DNA from: Macrostomum hystrix
Lineage: Eukaryota > Animalia > Platyhelminthes
NCBI GenBank assembly: GCA_950097015.1
Contig: CATNEN010000038.1
Coordinates: 16,554,001 to 16,618,000 of the forward strand
Length of the DNA: 64,000 bases
Reading direction: 5' to 3'
In this document: in pieces, positions 46,827 through 59,062 of the stretch
Numbering within the stretch: position 1 is the first letter of the stretch
Layout of the letters: every line of letters begins with the position of its first letter
The notes under the pieces: generated by a model
What the model was told of the DNA's origin: nothing
The model's input: only the letters and a program-made list of their open reading frames with translations
The model's database searches: none
Translations under genes and position numbers: made by a program

Positions 46827-46874
46827 CTGGGAGCGGGAAATACATTTAAATCAATGTATTAAAAAGTGAAGAAC

Positions 46875-47110
46875 TCATCGGTAGAAAACTGTGATCCGAG
46901 GTTCTATTCCCGAAGCACCAGAAAAAAAATTTGTCCTATAACAAGACGCTTAACTTAGAATTACTTCGATTCACTCGGCTGTTAAATGGTTATCAGCATC
47001 AAATGGGGTAATTGACGGAATTGGCGTGACGTCCTAACCTGTCCATGGACTGAATAGCTGTACAAAGCCGTTGAAAGAGGTACAATAAAAGCTGCTGTGC
47101 CTGTGCTTGT
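46875..47110 (+). mobile_element. Old diverged SINE family 1 copy
   Basis: ggttctattccc, ctgttaaatgg and gtccatggactgaa.agctgtac are conserved. Confidence 0.65.
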
Positions 47111-47999
47111 AGATATTTTCCAAACTGGGCTAATTAATTTTAATAATCTTATAAGCAATATACAACAAACCAAAATCAGCAGCTTTCACAATGATTAAAA
47201 AGATGCCATAAAGAAAATAAAATAGCCAGAACAGTAAGAAATGGGTAGAGCTTTTTTTCAATTCCGGATACCAAGCTAGCAACCGCCAATATTCCTGTTT
47301 GCGATGCTTTGATTTTATTTCCTGATTTCAAGCTTTATAATGTTTTATAAGGATTATAAAGATCTCTAGCAAATTTGAGATTCTAGTCAATATTTTTCAT
47401 TTCAATCGATATAAATAGTAAAATTCTTATCATTTTTATTCCAACCGGCTTTGACTTTATAAAAAAGTTTGCTATTTTTTTCACAAAGTCCTCAAGGTTC
47501 GCAAAAGCAAAAAAACTAAAATAGATTTTCATTTTTGCTTAAAAATCCTGACAAGCTTCATTGAAGAGTCAAGCAAATCTTTACTACACTCTGCTTTGCG
47601 AAGCAAAGCTTACTGTAAAACGCATTAGGACTACATCAATGTGACATTCTTGTACAATGACTAATACAGAACACACACATAAATTTCCTGCCAGTTGCTA
47701 CCTGCCGGTAAAAATAGTCTTTGATGTTTAACACTGCAGCAATGTCCTGTTTCCACAAACATTGAAAAATGCAAGCTCCTACACTAACTAGACTTCTAGA
47801 ATCGAAAAATATTATTAACTGGATTTTGCTTGTATTGAGGACTTCGAAAATGCGAGCTAATAAAAAGTATCATAACTACGAGCATAAACTCAACAGAGGG
47901 CCAGCATTACACATGCAGATGAAGACACCCGGCCGCGAGATTAGAAGAAAACAAGAGACGAGAAACGGTAAGGGACAACGAACTGGAGATCTGAGAGAG

Positions 48000-48740
48000 G
48001 AGAAATAAGACAGAAAAGACGAGACACACTGGAGATAGACACAGGAGAGATGAGATACGAGAGAGATGAGATACGAGAGAGATGAGACACGGTAGAGATG
48101 AGACACGGGAGAGATGAGACACGGGAGAGATGAGACACGGGAGAGATGAGACACGGGAGAGATGAGATACGAGAGAGATGAGATACGAGAGAGATGAGAC
48201 ACGGTAGAGATGAGACATAAGAGAGACGAGACAGGGTAGAGATGAGACATGGGAGAGATAAGGCACAGGAGAGATAAGACACGGTAGAGTTGAGACATGG
48301 GAGAGATAAGACACAGTAGAGATAAGACACGGGAGAGATGAGACACGGTAGAGATGAGACACGGGAGAGATGAGACACGGGAGAGATGAGACACGGGAGA
48401 GATGAGATACGAGAGAGATGAGATACGAGAGAGATGAGACACGGTAGAGATGAGACATGGGAGAGACGAGACAGGGTAGAGATGAGACATGGGAGAGATA
48501 AGGCACAGGAGAGATGAGACACGGTAGAGTTGAGACATGGGAGAGATAAGGCACGGTAGAGATGGGATATAGGAGAGATGAGGCACGGTAGAGATGGGAT
48601 ATGGGAGAGATGAGACACGGTAGAGATGAGACATGGGGGAGATAAGACACGGTAGAGATGAGACACGGTAGAGATGAGACATGGGAGAGATGAGACACGG
48701 TAGAGATGAGACACGGTAGAGATGAGATGAGACACGGAAG
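48000..48740 (+). repeat. 16-bp minisatellite (gagagatgagacacgg), same unit as inside the hAT MITEs
   Basis: Tandem array with a 240-bp block duplication; MITE ends not clearly retained. Confidence 0.93.
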
Positions 48741-49444
48741 AATAGCCAGTAAGATTTTCTCTTTCTTAGTTTACTTTGAATGGTTTTCTAGTGACAAAAA
48801 ATATTGTAGCCCTTCAAGAAACCCAGTGGCGGTAAGTAGAAAGGCTTTTGTGTTAAAAGCCAACAAATACATGAAATCGCTTGATAAACCATACGAGCTA
48901 TCATTGTTCGCAAATAGAATCCCTTTAGTTTCCACTACTGCTCTGTACTCAAGAGCAAAGCAATTTAGCGTTTCGGTACTCGTGTCGTCAATGATGATAA
49001 CAGGGGAATGATTACAAGAGATCGCGTTATTACACTCAGATCACTAATTATAGCTTGTCAGCGAATAGCTTATGATAAAAAACTAGAAATCATAACTAAG
49101 GATAAAACTGTGACGACAAATTTTTAAAGCACAAATGACTGTGAAGCTAGCGACAAATTTAGATTGATTGATAGCGATCTTTCTACATTTTTTCTTATCT
49201 TTTTTTGTACGATAAATATTTATAACCACGGTCATAATGCAATAGAGACAGGTCCACAATATTGACTTTCTCAGTTACTAATATTGTATTAAAAAAGCCT
49301 GCGCGATCTCTTTAGCAGAAAAATTAAATCGTTTCAAATTTTTTTTGTCTGAATAGGCATCCATTGTAAGGCAAGAATGCGAAGAGGATGTTTTGTTGTC
49401 AGAAGCATTCATTTTTTATCTGTATTTTGTCATGCTCAATCAAA

Positions 49445-50160
49445 TATAGCTTTTGCCATTCAATCTCAGTGTTTTGTCATTCATACTCAGCCCCCATAGA
49501 ATTAATCCAGCCAGTTGGCGCGGTTTGGCCCATAGACTATCGCTCTGTGCCATTCAATCTCGGGTTTTGTCATTCAAACTCAGGCTTTATAAGCTCGGTC
49601 TCTCAAACGCAGTCCTCCAAAAGACAGCTAAATTACAAATTTCTTCCATTGCATTTGCTTACATGGCCCAACTTACATGGGCCATATGCTTACATGGAGC
49701 GCCTGGGCCACGTTGCACTGGACACTCTGACGCCTCTGAAGGCCGCAAACTGGGAGATTGCCTGCAGCCGACTGTATCCACGGTGCATTATGCAAATTCC
49801 TTTTCTCTGAGTCATTGTTCTGATCCAAGACTTTAACAATTCCGCTCAAATCCGTATGTTCCTCACAATGATGCTAGAGGTGTTTGACTTGTAATGTGTA
49901 TGAACTGCATTATGTTTAACAAGTTTAACAACTCAGTTTTTTCGGTCCTGTATTACATGAGCCGAGCTGAGGAATAATAACCTGTTCATTCCTTATCCAC
50001 ATTCCTTCTCCACATTAAAGCCTGAGTTTGAATGACAAAACCCGAGATTGAATGGCACAGAGCGATAGTTTATGGGCCAAACCGCACCAACTGGCTGGAT
50101 TAACTCTATGGGGGCTGAGTATGAACGACAAAACACTGAGATTGAATGGCAAAAGCTATA
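49445..50160. mobile_element. Long-TIR MITE / deleted DNA transposon in TAF1 intron 1
   Basis: 145-bp near-perfect inverted repeats at 49445-49589 and 50016-50160, ending in TA. Confidence 0.88.
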
Positions 50161-50462
50161 CCATGCCACCCATAGAAGCGTGTACTACACACGTAAAAAC
50201 CCAGGAAGCTGTATTTCAAGCCTAAAAATACCCTATATAGCAGTTGATCTAGTATATATATATACAAGATACTCGTACATACACGTATGCACTTTAACAC
50301 ATTTACCATAAATAAATTATGCATGGTAAAATTGATTTAGACCCTTTGACTAAAAAATCCATCAACATGTCGGGTGAACCTTTGCAGAAGATAGAACCTG
50401 ACAACCTGACAGAACATCAGTCGGTCTCTTTTAAAAGTGCAAAACAACACTCAGACACTAAC

Positions 50463-53060
50463 CTGAAGAAAATCGCGCAAGAAATTATTTGCCCGTTTAG
50501 AATTGGGCGCCGGTACTTCTACTAGAGGACACTCCTGACCGACTGTGTAGACAGTGCCCAATAGGCGCACATTGTAACCGTTTCGATTCCTGATTAGCAA
50601 GAAATCTGTAGCTTGAGGCCTGTGCGGATAAATTGGAGCACGGAAAAGATTGTTTTCAAGCGCTTGAAGGCACTGGCCAGCTGATAGGTGTCCAAGAAAT
50701 GGCGATCGATCATCGCTGCACAGAATCGGTTGGCCGTGGTCAAGCTGAGGCAAGGCGTCCGCATTGCTATTATCGCCGTCGCTATCTGGCAATGGTCGCT
50801 TATAATAATTAATAATTCTAGTTGCCATGCCAACCTGCATCATTAAGGGCGGGTACTCTTCGGAGTATTCAGCCAGAACTAGATCGCCGTCTGTAGCCGT
50901 TAGATCGGCCGGAGTGCGCATAAAGAATATATTACCGCCGCCTAATGCCAAGCGTTCGCTATCTAATTGCTGACGCCGACGATCGATCTGTTTAGTGAGG
51001 CTGTACACCGGCAGAGGCGTATCGTAGGCAGCCATAGTGCCGCGTTGATAGCGACGCAAAGGCGGCCGGTACCAGACGCGCAGTCGCTGGGGCGTCAGAT
51101 TAGTCGGAAAGTACTCCGGGCGTAGCTCCATAGCCGGGGTCGAGTGCTGCAATAGCGAGCCAATGGCTGCCGACGCAGCGCCACCAGCGGCAACACCGCT
51201 GCCGCCGCCGCCGCCGCGAGCAAAATGGCCGTTGCGATAATATTGATCGTTGCTTAAATTAAAAGATTCGTCCGAAGACAATATTTTCAGGTGCTGCTGT
51301 TTCTGTTTCTGTTGCTGCTTTGATAAGCCGGTATTAGCCGCGTCGTCGCTAACGTCATTTATAACCGCGGCATCCGTGTGTCGATAAGCCGAGGGGTCGA
51401 GTAGTAGAGCTTCATCATTGAGATCCAATGTGAGAACATAGGGCCGGCCGAGTGTTTTAGCCTTGGCTCCGTCCCATACAATATTGTCCTCCCAGTTGGT
51501 GTAGGCCAAATCTGCATTCTCCACAGCGAAGATACTGCGCCAGCCTTCGTACTTGGGACCCGAATTGGGCTGCTCAACGCCTGGATAAGTGCCGCCATAT
51601 TGACGTTGGAAATCTTCCAGAGTGCGCGAACTGGACGACGGAATCCAGCCGCAGTAGGCTGCGTTGGCCCGATTGCTGGCTAGAATCTTCTCTTTGGCAA
51701 CCTCGGCGTCCCAGACAATGTCATCCTCCCAATGGACCAGATTAGCCATGTTAAATAAGTCGGCATCAAGCGACGGTAGAAAGACCGACGGATCGCCAAT
51801 GTCTTCATCGGACGGCGTGTCAGAGCTGTCTCTTTCGGCTTTGAAATCTTCGTCGTCAGTAGCAGAACCGTCGCCACTAAAATTTCTAGACTTTTTATTG
51901 CGCAAGTTGGACTTTGGCAAAGGAAACGCAGTCAGATCGTTGACTGAACCGTCTGGCAGGGGAAGGCCCAGCATGTCGTACCATAGTTCGGCCGGGCCGA
52001 AACGCCAACGATTTCCAATGCCCTCGCGCGAAGCCGACGAGCCACCAACAGCGGTTGAGCCAGCAGCGATACTGGATGCATCGAGTGGCCTCTGACCCAA
52101 ACCGTTGCACAGTTCGTCTTCGTTGAACTGTTCCAACAAGCCGGACGCTGGAGGCGGAGGCACTTTCAACTGGCGCTGAAGCTGCACGGTATCAGGCATG
52201 ACCTGCTGACTGTCAACTGGCAGTTCACCCATGTCTATATCATCCAAGTAGACGTGCGGCAGCTCCGGATCTGGCGGCTGAGCTGTCAACGGACGAGCTA
52301 AATCAGCAGGCAGTACACGATCAGCGTAGGCTGCGCGCTTCACGGACGGCTTGAACAGGCGCGACCAGCGCGGTATGATTTCCGGATCAAAGTCAGGAAA
52401 TAGGACTCTTATATCTGTGTTGCGATACTCTTCCGGACAAATATTTGCTAGCGGACGCTTCGGATCGATGACTGGCTCTTCAAGAGCAATTACTGTTTGG
52501 GCCAGGTGTGGAGAGTGATGCAATGACTTCTCCTGAGGAGGCGAATGAGTCGATGCTCGTTCTGGTGGAATTTTCGTCGGCGGCGGCATCAGATTAGCGT
52601 CCTGACTGTTCTTATCTGCGACTTCATCTTTGACTTTGACTTTGGAATCATCATTGTCATAATCGTCGTATTCGCCGGCACTGGTAGTTGCAACAGTCGA
52701 TGCGTCTAAGCTGGCGGCTGTTTCAAGCATCGCAGCATCGTCCGCCACAGCTTCGTCGATGTCATAGAAGTCGCGACGCTCCACAACCGTCTTTTCACCG
52801 CTAGACGAATCCGCATCGTCGGTTGACAAAGATGCGGCTGTCGATGCCGCGTTAGCGGCGAAAACCTCCCGATCAATGATTAGATCGGTACTGACGCCTT
52901 GACAACGAGCCAAGTCCTGAATGTGACGCCTACCCTCTTCCTCCGGGAATTCTTCGAGCTCGCCGGATTCGTTCACATTGCCAAACATAAAGCCGGCCAG
53001 ATTGAAGCCGCCGCCTTTCGACGAGGCGACAGTGTTGTCAGCATCGTCGGAGGAGGACAT
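50463..53060 (-). CDS. TAF1: TAF1 (TFIID subunit 1) exon 1
   Basis: TAND FNLAGFMFGNVNESGEL, WRFGPAELWYDMLG, FNLSNDQYY, QHSTPA, EYSEEYPP, ENNLFRAP, VGQECP; ATG at 53060; spliced product 1921 aa. Confidence 0.95.
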
Positions 53061-54014
53061 TGCGCCGGTCAAAACTCCCGGTACCTTCAACCTCGATCTC
53101 GGTAGATTAGTTGTGTACTCGCTGACTTATTTTGACGACTGAGCTCTGCAATTAAGAATTTTATTTCTGAGATAAAAATAAAGATGAAGAGAAGTTCATT
53201 TGAGACGCCAAAATATTATGGAATACTAATGAATATGTTCAGTTAGTATTATCTATTTATGCGTCCTAATGATCGCACACTTAGTGAGGCTAATAAGGCA
53301 CGAGCAAATGCAGCGGTAGCGGGTCATTCCACTTTAGCGGAGTTGTTAAGGAGGGCAGAATAGGGGGGGGGTAAAAAAGTATTTAATAAAGAACTGGAAA
53401 CAACATATAAAATTTCTATTCTAAAAGAAGCCAGTGCAAACTTTCTAACTAATAAGTTTTTTGTCGTCAACAAAACTTTGGAGCAGCTGTGGCAACTTAA
53501 AAAATGTAATTTTCGAACGTGACTCAGCTCGCATATCCGACTTGGCTGTGACGTGCGGACAGCACTGAGACTGAAGCTAACCTAGCCTTTATAAAACTGT
53601 TCCTTTTAGTGCTTTAGAAAGACTTCTTTTCAAGTCTACAAGAACTAATAATAATAGAATCCCTACAACAGGAGGCAGAGTGTGAGTAGACTAGCTATTG
53701 TGTTCTGTGGGGCAAAGCAAAGTTCTAACTAGCAAGTTTCAACCTTTAGTCTTAAAGATTCTAGGAGAAACTTCACACTTTAATATTAGGCTAATTAGCA
53801 CGTAGTAATTTGTAGTTCGGCTAGTTGTTTAAAAGACAAAAAACTAAATTAAACACTGTTCCAAATGGACACAGAAGTGAGCGGCTTATAAAACCGCTAA
53901 TGGAGGAGCATTTTTATTTGCCCTGACTACGGAAATCAGGGCAAGCTGTCGATTGTTTATGTACAATTTATTGCTATAGCTTCCATTTTGTTCCGATTCC
54001 GCTAAACTCAAACG

Positions 54015-55283
54015 TCAGTCTGAGTCAATTTGAATGTCATTGTCGCCGGCAGCATCTGTCGCATCGTCGGCGGACTTATTTGCGCCAGTCTGCTGACGCC
54101 TCCGCTTAAGCTTCAATCTCTGAATTCGTTCCGCTTTGCCTTCAAGGTATTCCTGAAAGCCGGAGGCTTCCAAGCTGGCGTAGGTGAGAACGTCAATAAA
54201 GAACTCGCGTCTTAACACTGCGGCGTCAGCTAGAACAAGATTGTCAACAGAAAGCCAGGCTGGTAGGTTTAATTCGCTGCCGTCATTGAAACATCTGGCC
54301 TCTAGCGGCTTGTTTGAATTGTTGCCTAGCAACAATAAACAATCGTCGCCTAAGAAATGGTGAGAAGCGGTGCACGCAACAACCGCTGTGACAATACCGT
54401 TTCCGAGTGGAATAGGGTTAGGAGTGATAAGCTCCAGGCTGCACTGTGGCAGCGGCCCGATTTTGCATAGCAACAACTCGGATACCAGTGTTTCTTTGTC
54501 GGCATCGCAGTCAGTAGCATTTTCAGTTGGTATACTAACACAGGCCGCTAAGCCATGCCGCTGCGACACAGCCAGGTGGCAATAAATCTGACTGGCCCTG
54601 GCAGGCTTTGGCAGAAGGAGCGTCGATAGTTCGACACCTTCAATTGGATTCCAGCTGCGCAGGCTGCCATCCGAGGACAGGCTAAGAAGGCGGGCGCCAT
54701 CTTTAGACTGGCAGGCGGCCAGGCCAAGAACTGGACCAGTGTGGCCGAGGCAGAATGCTTCAATGTTGTAGGCATTCGGCAAGCGACTAATTCTGATTCG
54801 CGCGTCGGCGTCAGCTGTTGCTAGGCAACGAATGCCGGAAGGGATTAGTTCGATCGCAGTGAGCATGGCGAGATGTCCGAGAACATGCTCAGTGGTAGGG
54901 GCATTTGAGTCGGCAGTTGTCATGGTGACACGCATTACGTCGCCACCTTTGTCAGCGATGTACAACACGGGTTCTGATTGTGCGCCATCAAACAGCAGAG
55001 ATGCGACCCGTTTAATACAATTAATACTAATTAGTTTTGTAGACAAGTCGGAAGTTTTAAATACGCTGACAACTTTAGCGTCCGTGGCAACGGCAAAAAA
55101 ATTTCCACACTGACTAACAGTGAAGCATAAAATTGTTTCTTGATTTCCCTTAGCGTTCATGGGGGCGTAAAATGCGTGGCTATTGGCAGCTTGAGAATGG
55201 TCAGAAACGGATTGCTCAACTTTGAGCACACTGTGACGTAATTGTAGCCATAGAGCACCAGAAACGTATTCCAAGTGAAGCAT
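54015..55283 (-). CDS. WDR4: tRNA m7G46 methyltransferase non-catalytic subunit WDR4/Trm82 (intronless)
   Basis: KR, ADKGGDV, LGHLAML and IRISRLPNAYNIEAFCLGHT signature motifs. Confidence 0.88.
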   Translation of the reverse strand: MLHLEYVSGALWLQLRHSVLKVEQSVSDHSQAANSHAFYAPMNAKGNQETILCFTVSQCGNFFAVATDAKVVSVFKTSDLSTKLISINCIKRVASLLFDGAQSEPVLYIADKGGDVMRVTMTTADSNAPTTEHVLGHLAMLTAIELIPSGIRCLATADADARIRISRLPNAYNIEAFCLGHTGPVLGLAACQSKDGARLLSLSSDGSLRSWNPIEGVELSTLLLPKPARASQIYCHLAVSQRHGLAACVSIPTENATDCDADKETLVSELLLCKIGPLPQCSLELITPNPIPLGNGIVTAVVACTASHHFLGDDCLLLLGNNSNKPLEARCFNDGSELNLPAWLSVDNLVLADAAVLRREFFIDVLTYASLEASGFQEYLEGKAERIQRLKLKRRRQQTGANKSADDATDAAGDNDIQIDSD

Positions 55284-55387
55284 GACGATGATGACCTTTC
55301 GATTTCTGAAACTGAAATAAATATTTGATATTTTATTCTATTGACATTTTAAAAAACTTGCAAAGGAGAATGCATTCCTAGGTGACA

Positions 55388-55735
55388 CCAACTCCACAAA
55401 CATGGGGAAAGTGCACTGCTAGGCTAGACCAACTCCACAAACATGGGGAAAGTGCACTGCTAGGCTAGACCAACTCCACAAACATGGGGAAAGTGCACTG
55501 CTAGGCTAGACCAACTCCACAAACATGGGGAAAGTGCACTGCTAGGCTAGACCAACTCCACAAACATGGGGAAAGTGCACTGCTAGGCTAGACCAACTCC
55601 ACAAACATGGGGAAAGTGCACTGCTAGGCTAGACCAACTCCACAAACATGGGGAAAGTGCACTGCTAGGCTAGACCAACTCCACAAACATGGGGAAAGTG
55701 CACTGCTAGGCTAAACCAACTCGAAAACATGGGGA
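55388..55735 (+). repeat. 41-bp minisatellite (ccaactccacaaacatggggaaagtgcactgctaggctaga), about 8.5 units
   Basis: Near-perfect tandem array. Confidence 0.96.
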
Positions 55736-56492
55736 CAATGAACTGTTAAGCAGGGATTATAATTTTTAGATTAAGCTTGATAAAAAATTTCAAGACGGAT
55801 CATAAAAATTTATTCGTGATTTTATTACATTTCAATCAAAATTTAACATTATTGATCTAAAGGCTGATCAAAGTTTTACAGAAAGAAAAGATCTATTGAG
55901 GGTGAACGCAGCGATTAAGCCATAGGCAAAGAAACTGAATAGAAGGATGAGAATTAATTGAAGTAATTAAGAAAGTAATTAAATGATTTCGGGTAATTTT
56001 GCACGATAAATCAATGAGCAGATAGAAGAAAATCTGCTTAAAATACATAAAACCTTAGACCAACCCCAAAACTACATTAGCACATGATTTTGAAGGAAAT
56101 TTAGTTAAAATAAGACAGCTCCAGTACAAAAGTTACGTTGAGCATGAGTATAGTTTTAATTGGCATGCCTAAATTAAAAGCCCATATCAATATACTTTTT
56201 AACATGAATAAATACATTTAAATTCTTTGACAAACAAATTAATGTGACAATGTGATAAAGTTCATGATCTGTAATATTTAACTAAATTTTAACACACTTG
56301 CATACTTAACTATGTTAAGTAGTAGTATGATGAGCGAATCAACTGATAATGAGTGTAATAACCGCGAAATTGTTTTTTTTTCAATTAAAATAATTCTGCA
56401 CAAAAAACCTTGAATAAGAAACATATTCGAAATATGTCAAACTGGTTGTAAACCAGGGAGATCGGCTTAAAAAATATATTAAAATCCTTTCT

Positions 56493-56585
56493 TCAAAGAT
56501 TCTGGCACAGAAAGTGCATTAGGCAGGTCTCGAAGTGATCCTTCGACTGGCTGGTTCGTAGTCCGTGACGTTCGCTTGGATAAAT
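56493..56585 (-). CDS. DPP9: Dipeptidyl peptidase 8/9, last exon (catalytic His)
   Basis: IYPSERHGLR...FLCQNL*; tgcag|att acceptor; not in the ORF track. Confidence 0.88.
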   Translation of the reverse strand: MYPSERHGLRTSQSKDHFETCLMHFLCQNL

Positions 56586-56632
56586 CTGCAAGTGAAAAAC
56601 AGCGACTCGTTTCAGGTACATCAGGTTAAACA

Positions 56633-58445
56633 ATCCACTGTCAAATACAGCCAAACCAACTGTAATCTACTGTCAAATACAGCCAAACTAACTGTAATCC
56701 ACTGTCAAATACAGCCAAACTAACTGTAATCCACTGTCAAATACAGCCAAACCAACTGTAATCTACTGTCAAATACAGCCAAACCCACTGTAATCTACTG
56801 TCAAATACAGCCAAACTAACTGTAATCCACTGTCAAATACAGCCAAACCCACTGTAATCCACTGTCAAATACAGCCAAACCCACTGTAATCCACTGTCAA
56901 ATACAGCCAAACTAACTGTAATCCACTGTCAAATACAGCCAAACCAACTGTAATCTACTGTCAAATACAGCCAAACCCACTGTAATCTACTGTCAAATAC
57001 AGCCAAACTAACTGTAATCCACTGTCAAATACAGCCAAACTAACTGTAATCCAATGTCAAATACAGCCAAACCAACTGTAATCCACTGACAAATACAGCC
57101 AAACTAACTGTAATCCAATGTCAAATACAGCCAAACTAACTGTAATCCAATGTCAAATACAGCCAAACTAACTGTAATCCACTGTCAAATACAGCCAAAC
57201 CAACTGTAATCCACTGTCAAATACAGCCAAACCAACTGTAATCTACTGTCAAATACAGCCAAACCCACTGTAATCTACTGTCAAATACAGCCAAACTAAC
57301 TGTAATCCACTGTCAAATACAGCCAAACCCACTGTAATCCACTGTCAAATACAGCCAAACCCACTGTAATCCACTGTCAAATACAGCCAAACTAACTGTA
57401 ATCCACTGTCAAATACAGCCAAACCAACTGTAATCTACTGTCAAATACAGCCAAACCCACTGTAATCTACTGTCAAATACAGCCAAACTAACTGTAATCC
57501 ACTGTCAAATACAGCCAAACTAATTGTAATCCACTGTCAAATACAGCCAAACCAACTGTAATCCACTGTCAAATACAGCCAAACTAACTGTAATCCACTG
57601 TCAAATACAGCCAAACCCACTGTAATCCACTGTCAAATACAGCCAAACTAACTGTAATCCACTGTCAAATACAGCCAAACCAACTGTAATCCACTGTCAA
57701 ATACAGCCAAACTAACTGTAATCCACTGTCAAATACAGCCAAACTAACTGTAATCCACTGTCAAATACAGCCAAACCAACTGTAATCCACTGTCAAATAC
57801 AGCCAAACTAACTGTAATCCACTGTCAAATACAGCCAAACCAACTGTAATCCACTGTCAAATACAGCCAAACTAACTGTAATCCAATGTCAAACACAGCC
57901 AAACTAACTGTAATCCACTGTCAAATACAGCCAAACTAACTGTAATCCACTGTCAAATACAGCCAAACTAACTGTAATCCAATGTCAAATACAGCCAAAC
58001 CAACTGTAATCCAATGTCAAATACAGCCAAACCAACTGTAATCCACTGTCAAATACAGCCAAACCAACTGTAATCCACTGTCAAATACAGCCAAACTAAC
58101 TGTAATCCACTGTCAAATACAGCCAAACTAACTGTAATCCACTGTCAAATACAGCCAAACCAACTGTAATCCACTGTCAAATACAGCCAAACCAACTGTA
58201 ATCCAATGTCAAATACAGCCAAACTAACTGTAATCCACTGTCAAATACAGCCAAACCAACTGTAATCCACTGTCAAATACAGCCAAACTAACTGTAATCC
58301 ACTGTCAAATACAGCCAAACTAACTGTAATCCACTGTCAAATACAGCCAAACCAACTGTAATCCACTGTCAAATACAGCCAAACTAACTGTAATCCACTG
58401 TCAATACAGCCAAACTAACTGTAATCTACTGTTAAATACAGCCAA
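56633..58445 (+). repeat. 32-bp minisatellite (actgtcaaatacagccaaactaactgtaatcc), about 56 units
   Basis: Fills almost the whole intron; 480-bp block duplication. Confidence 0.97.
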
Positions 58446-58470
58446 CAAGTCTCCTCCCAAATACACTGAC

Positions 58471-59002
58471 CAGTAAACTGTAGGGTTTGCCGGCCGCAAC
58501 TAGCTTATTTAACAGCATTGCAGTGTGATAAAAGTGCACATTCTCGTCAATGCTGCCGTGAACAATGAGTAGCCGATTGGCATCGCTGGGATAGCCGGAC
58601 ATTCTATCGCTGTTGATAGCGCTGGAAGTGTTATAGCAGCCAGCCGGGCCATCTGGTAGGCCCATGTAGCGCTCGGTGTAGGCCGTGTCGTACAGTTCCC
58701 AGTCGGTTACTGGGGCGCCGGCGATGCCGACTTTGTAGACATTGTTGAAATCTCGCATGCCTAGCAGGGTGAGATAGCCGCCGTAGCTCCAGCCAAACAG
58801 GCCGACTCGGTTCAAATCGATGCAACCGAATTTTTTAGCGGCAAATTGTAAGCCGGCTACCTGATCTGGCAATTCAACGCCGCCCAGACGATGATGAACT
58901 TCGGCTGCGAAATCTCGTCCGCGATTATCTGAGCCGCGATTGTCAACAATAAGAACGCAGTAGCCAAAGTAGCACGCCTTGGTGACTCGGTGGAAGTTAA
59001 AC
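58471..59002 (-). CDS. DPP9: DPP8/9 exon (catalytic Ser and Asp)
   Basis: DNRGS, GWSYGG, YDTAYTERYMG, HGSIDENVHF. Confidence 0.94.
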
Positions 59003-59062
59003 CTAAGAATGAACGACAGCCGTTGGTAAGGCGAATTTAAGATTCGATTGAAATAACTTGGA

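Noticed and set aside
53061-53090. ORF-track TTG start for TAF1
   Set aside because: Eukaryotic gene; the first ATG at 53060 precedes the conserved TAND motif
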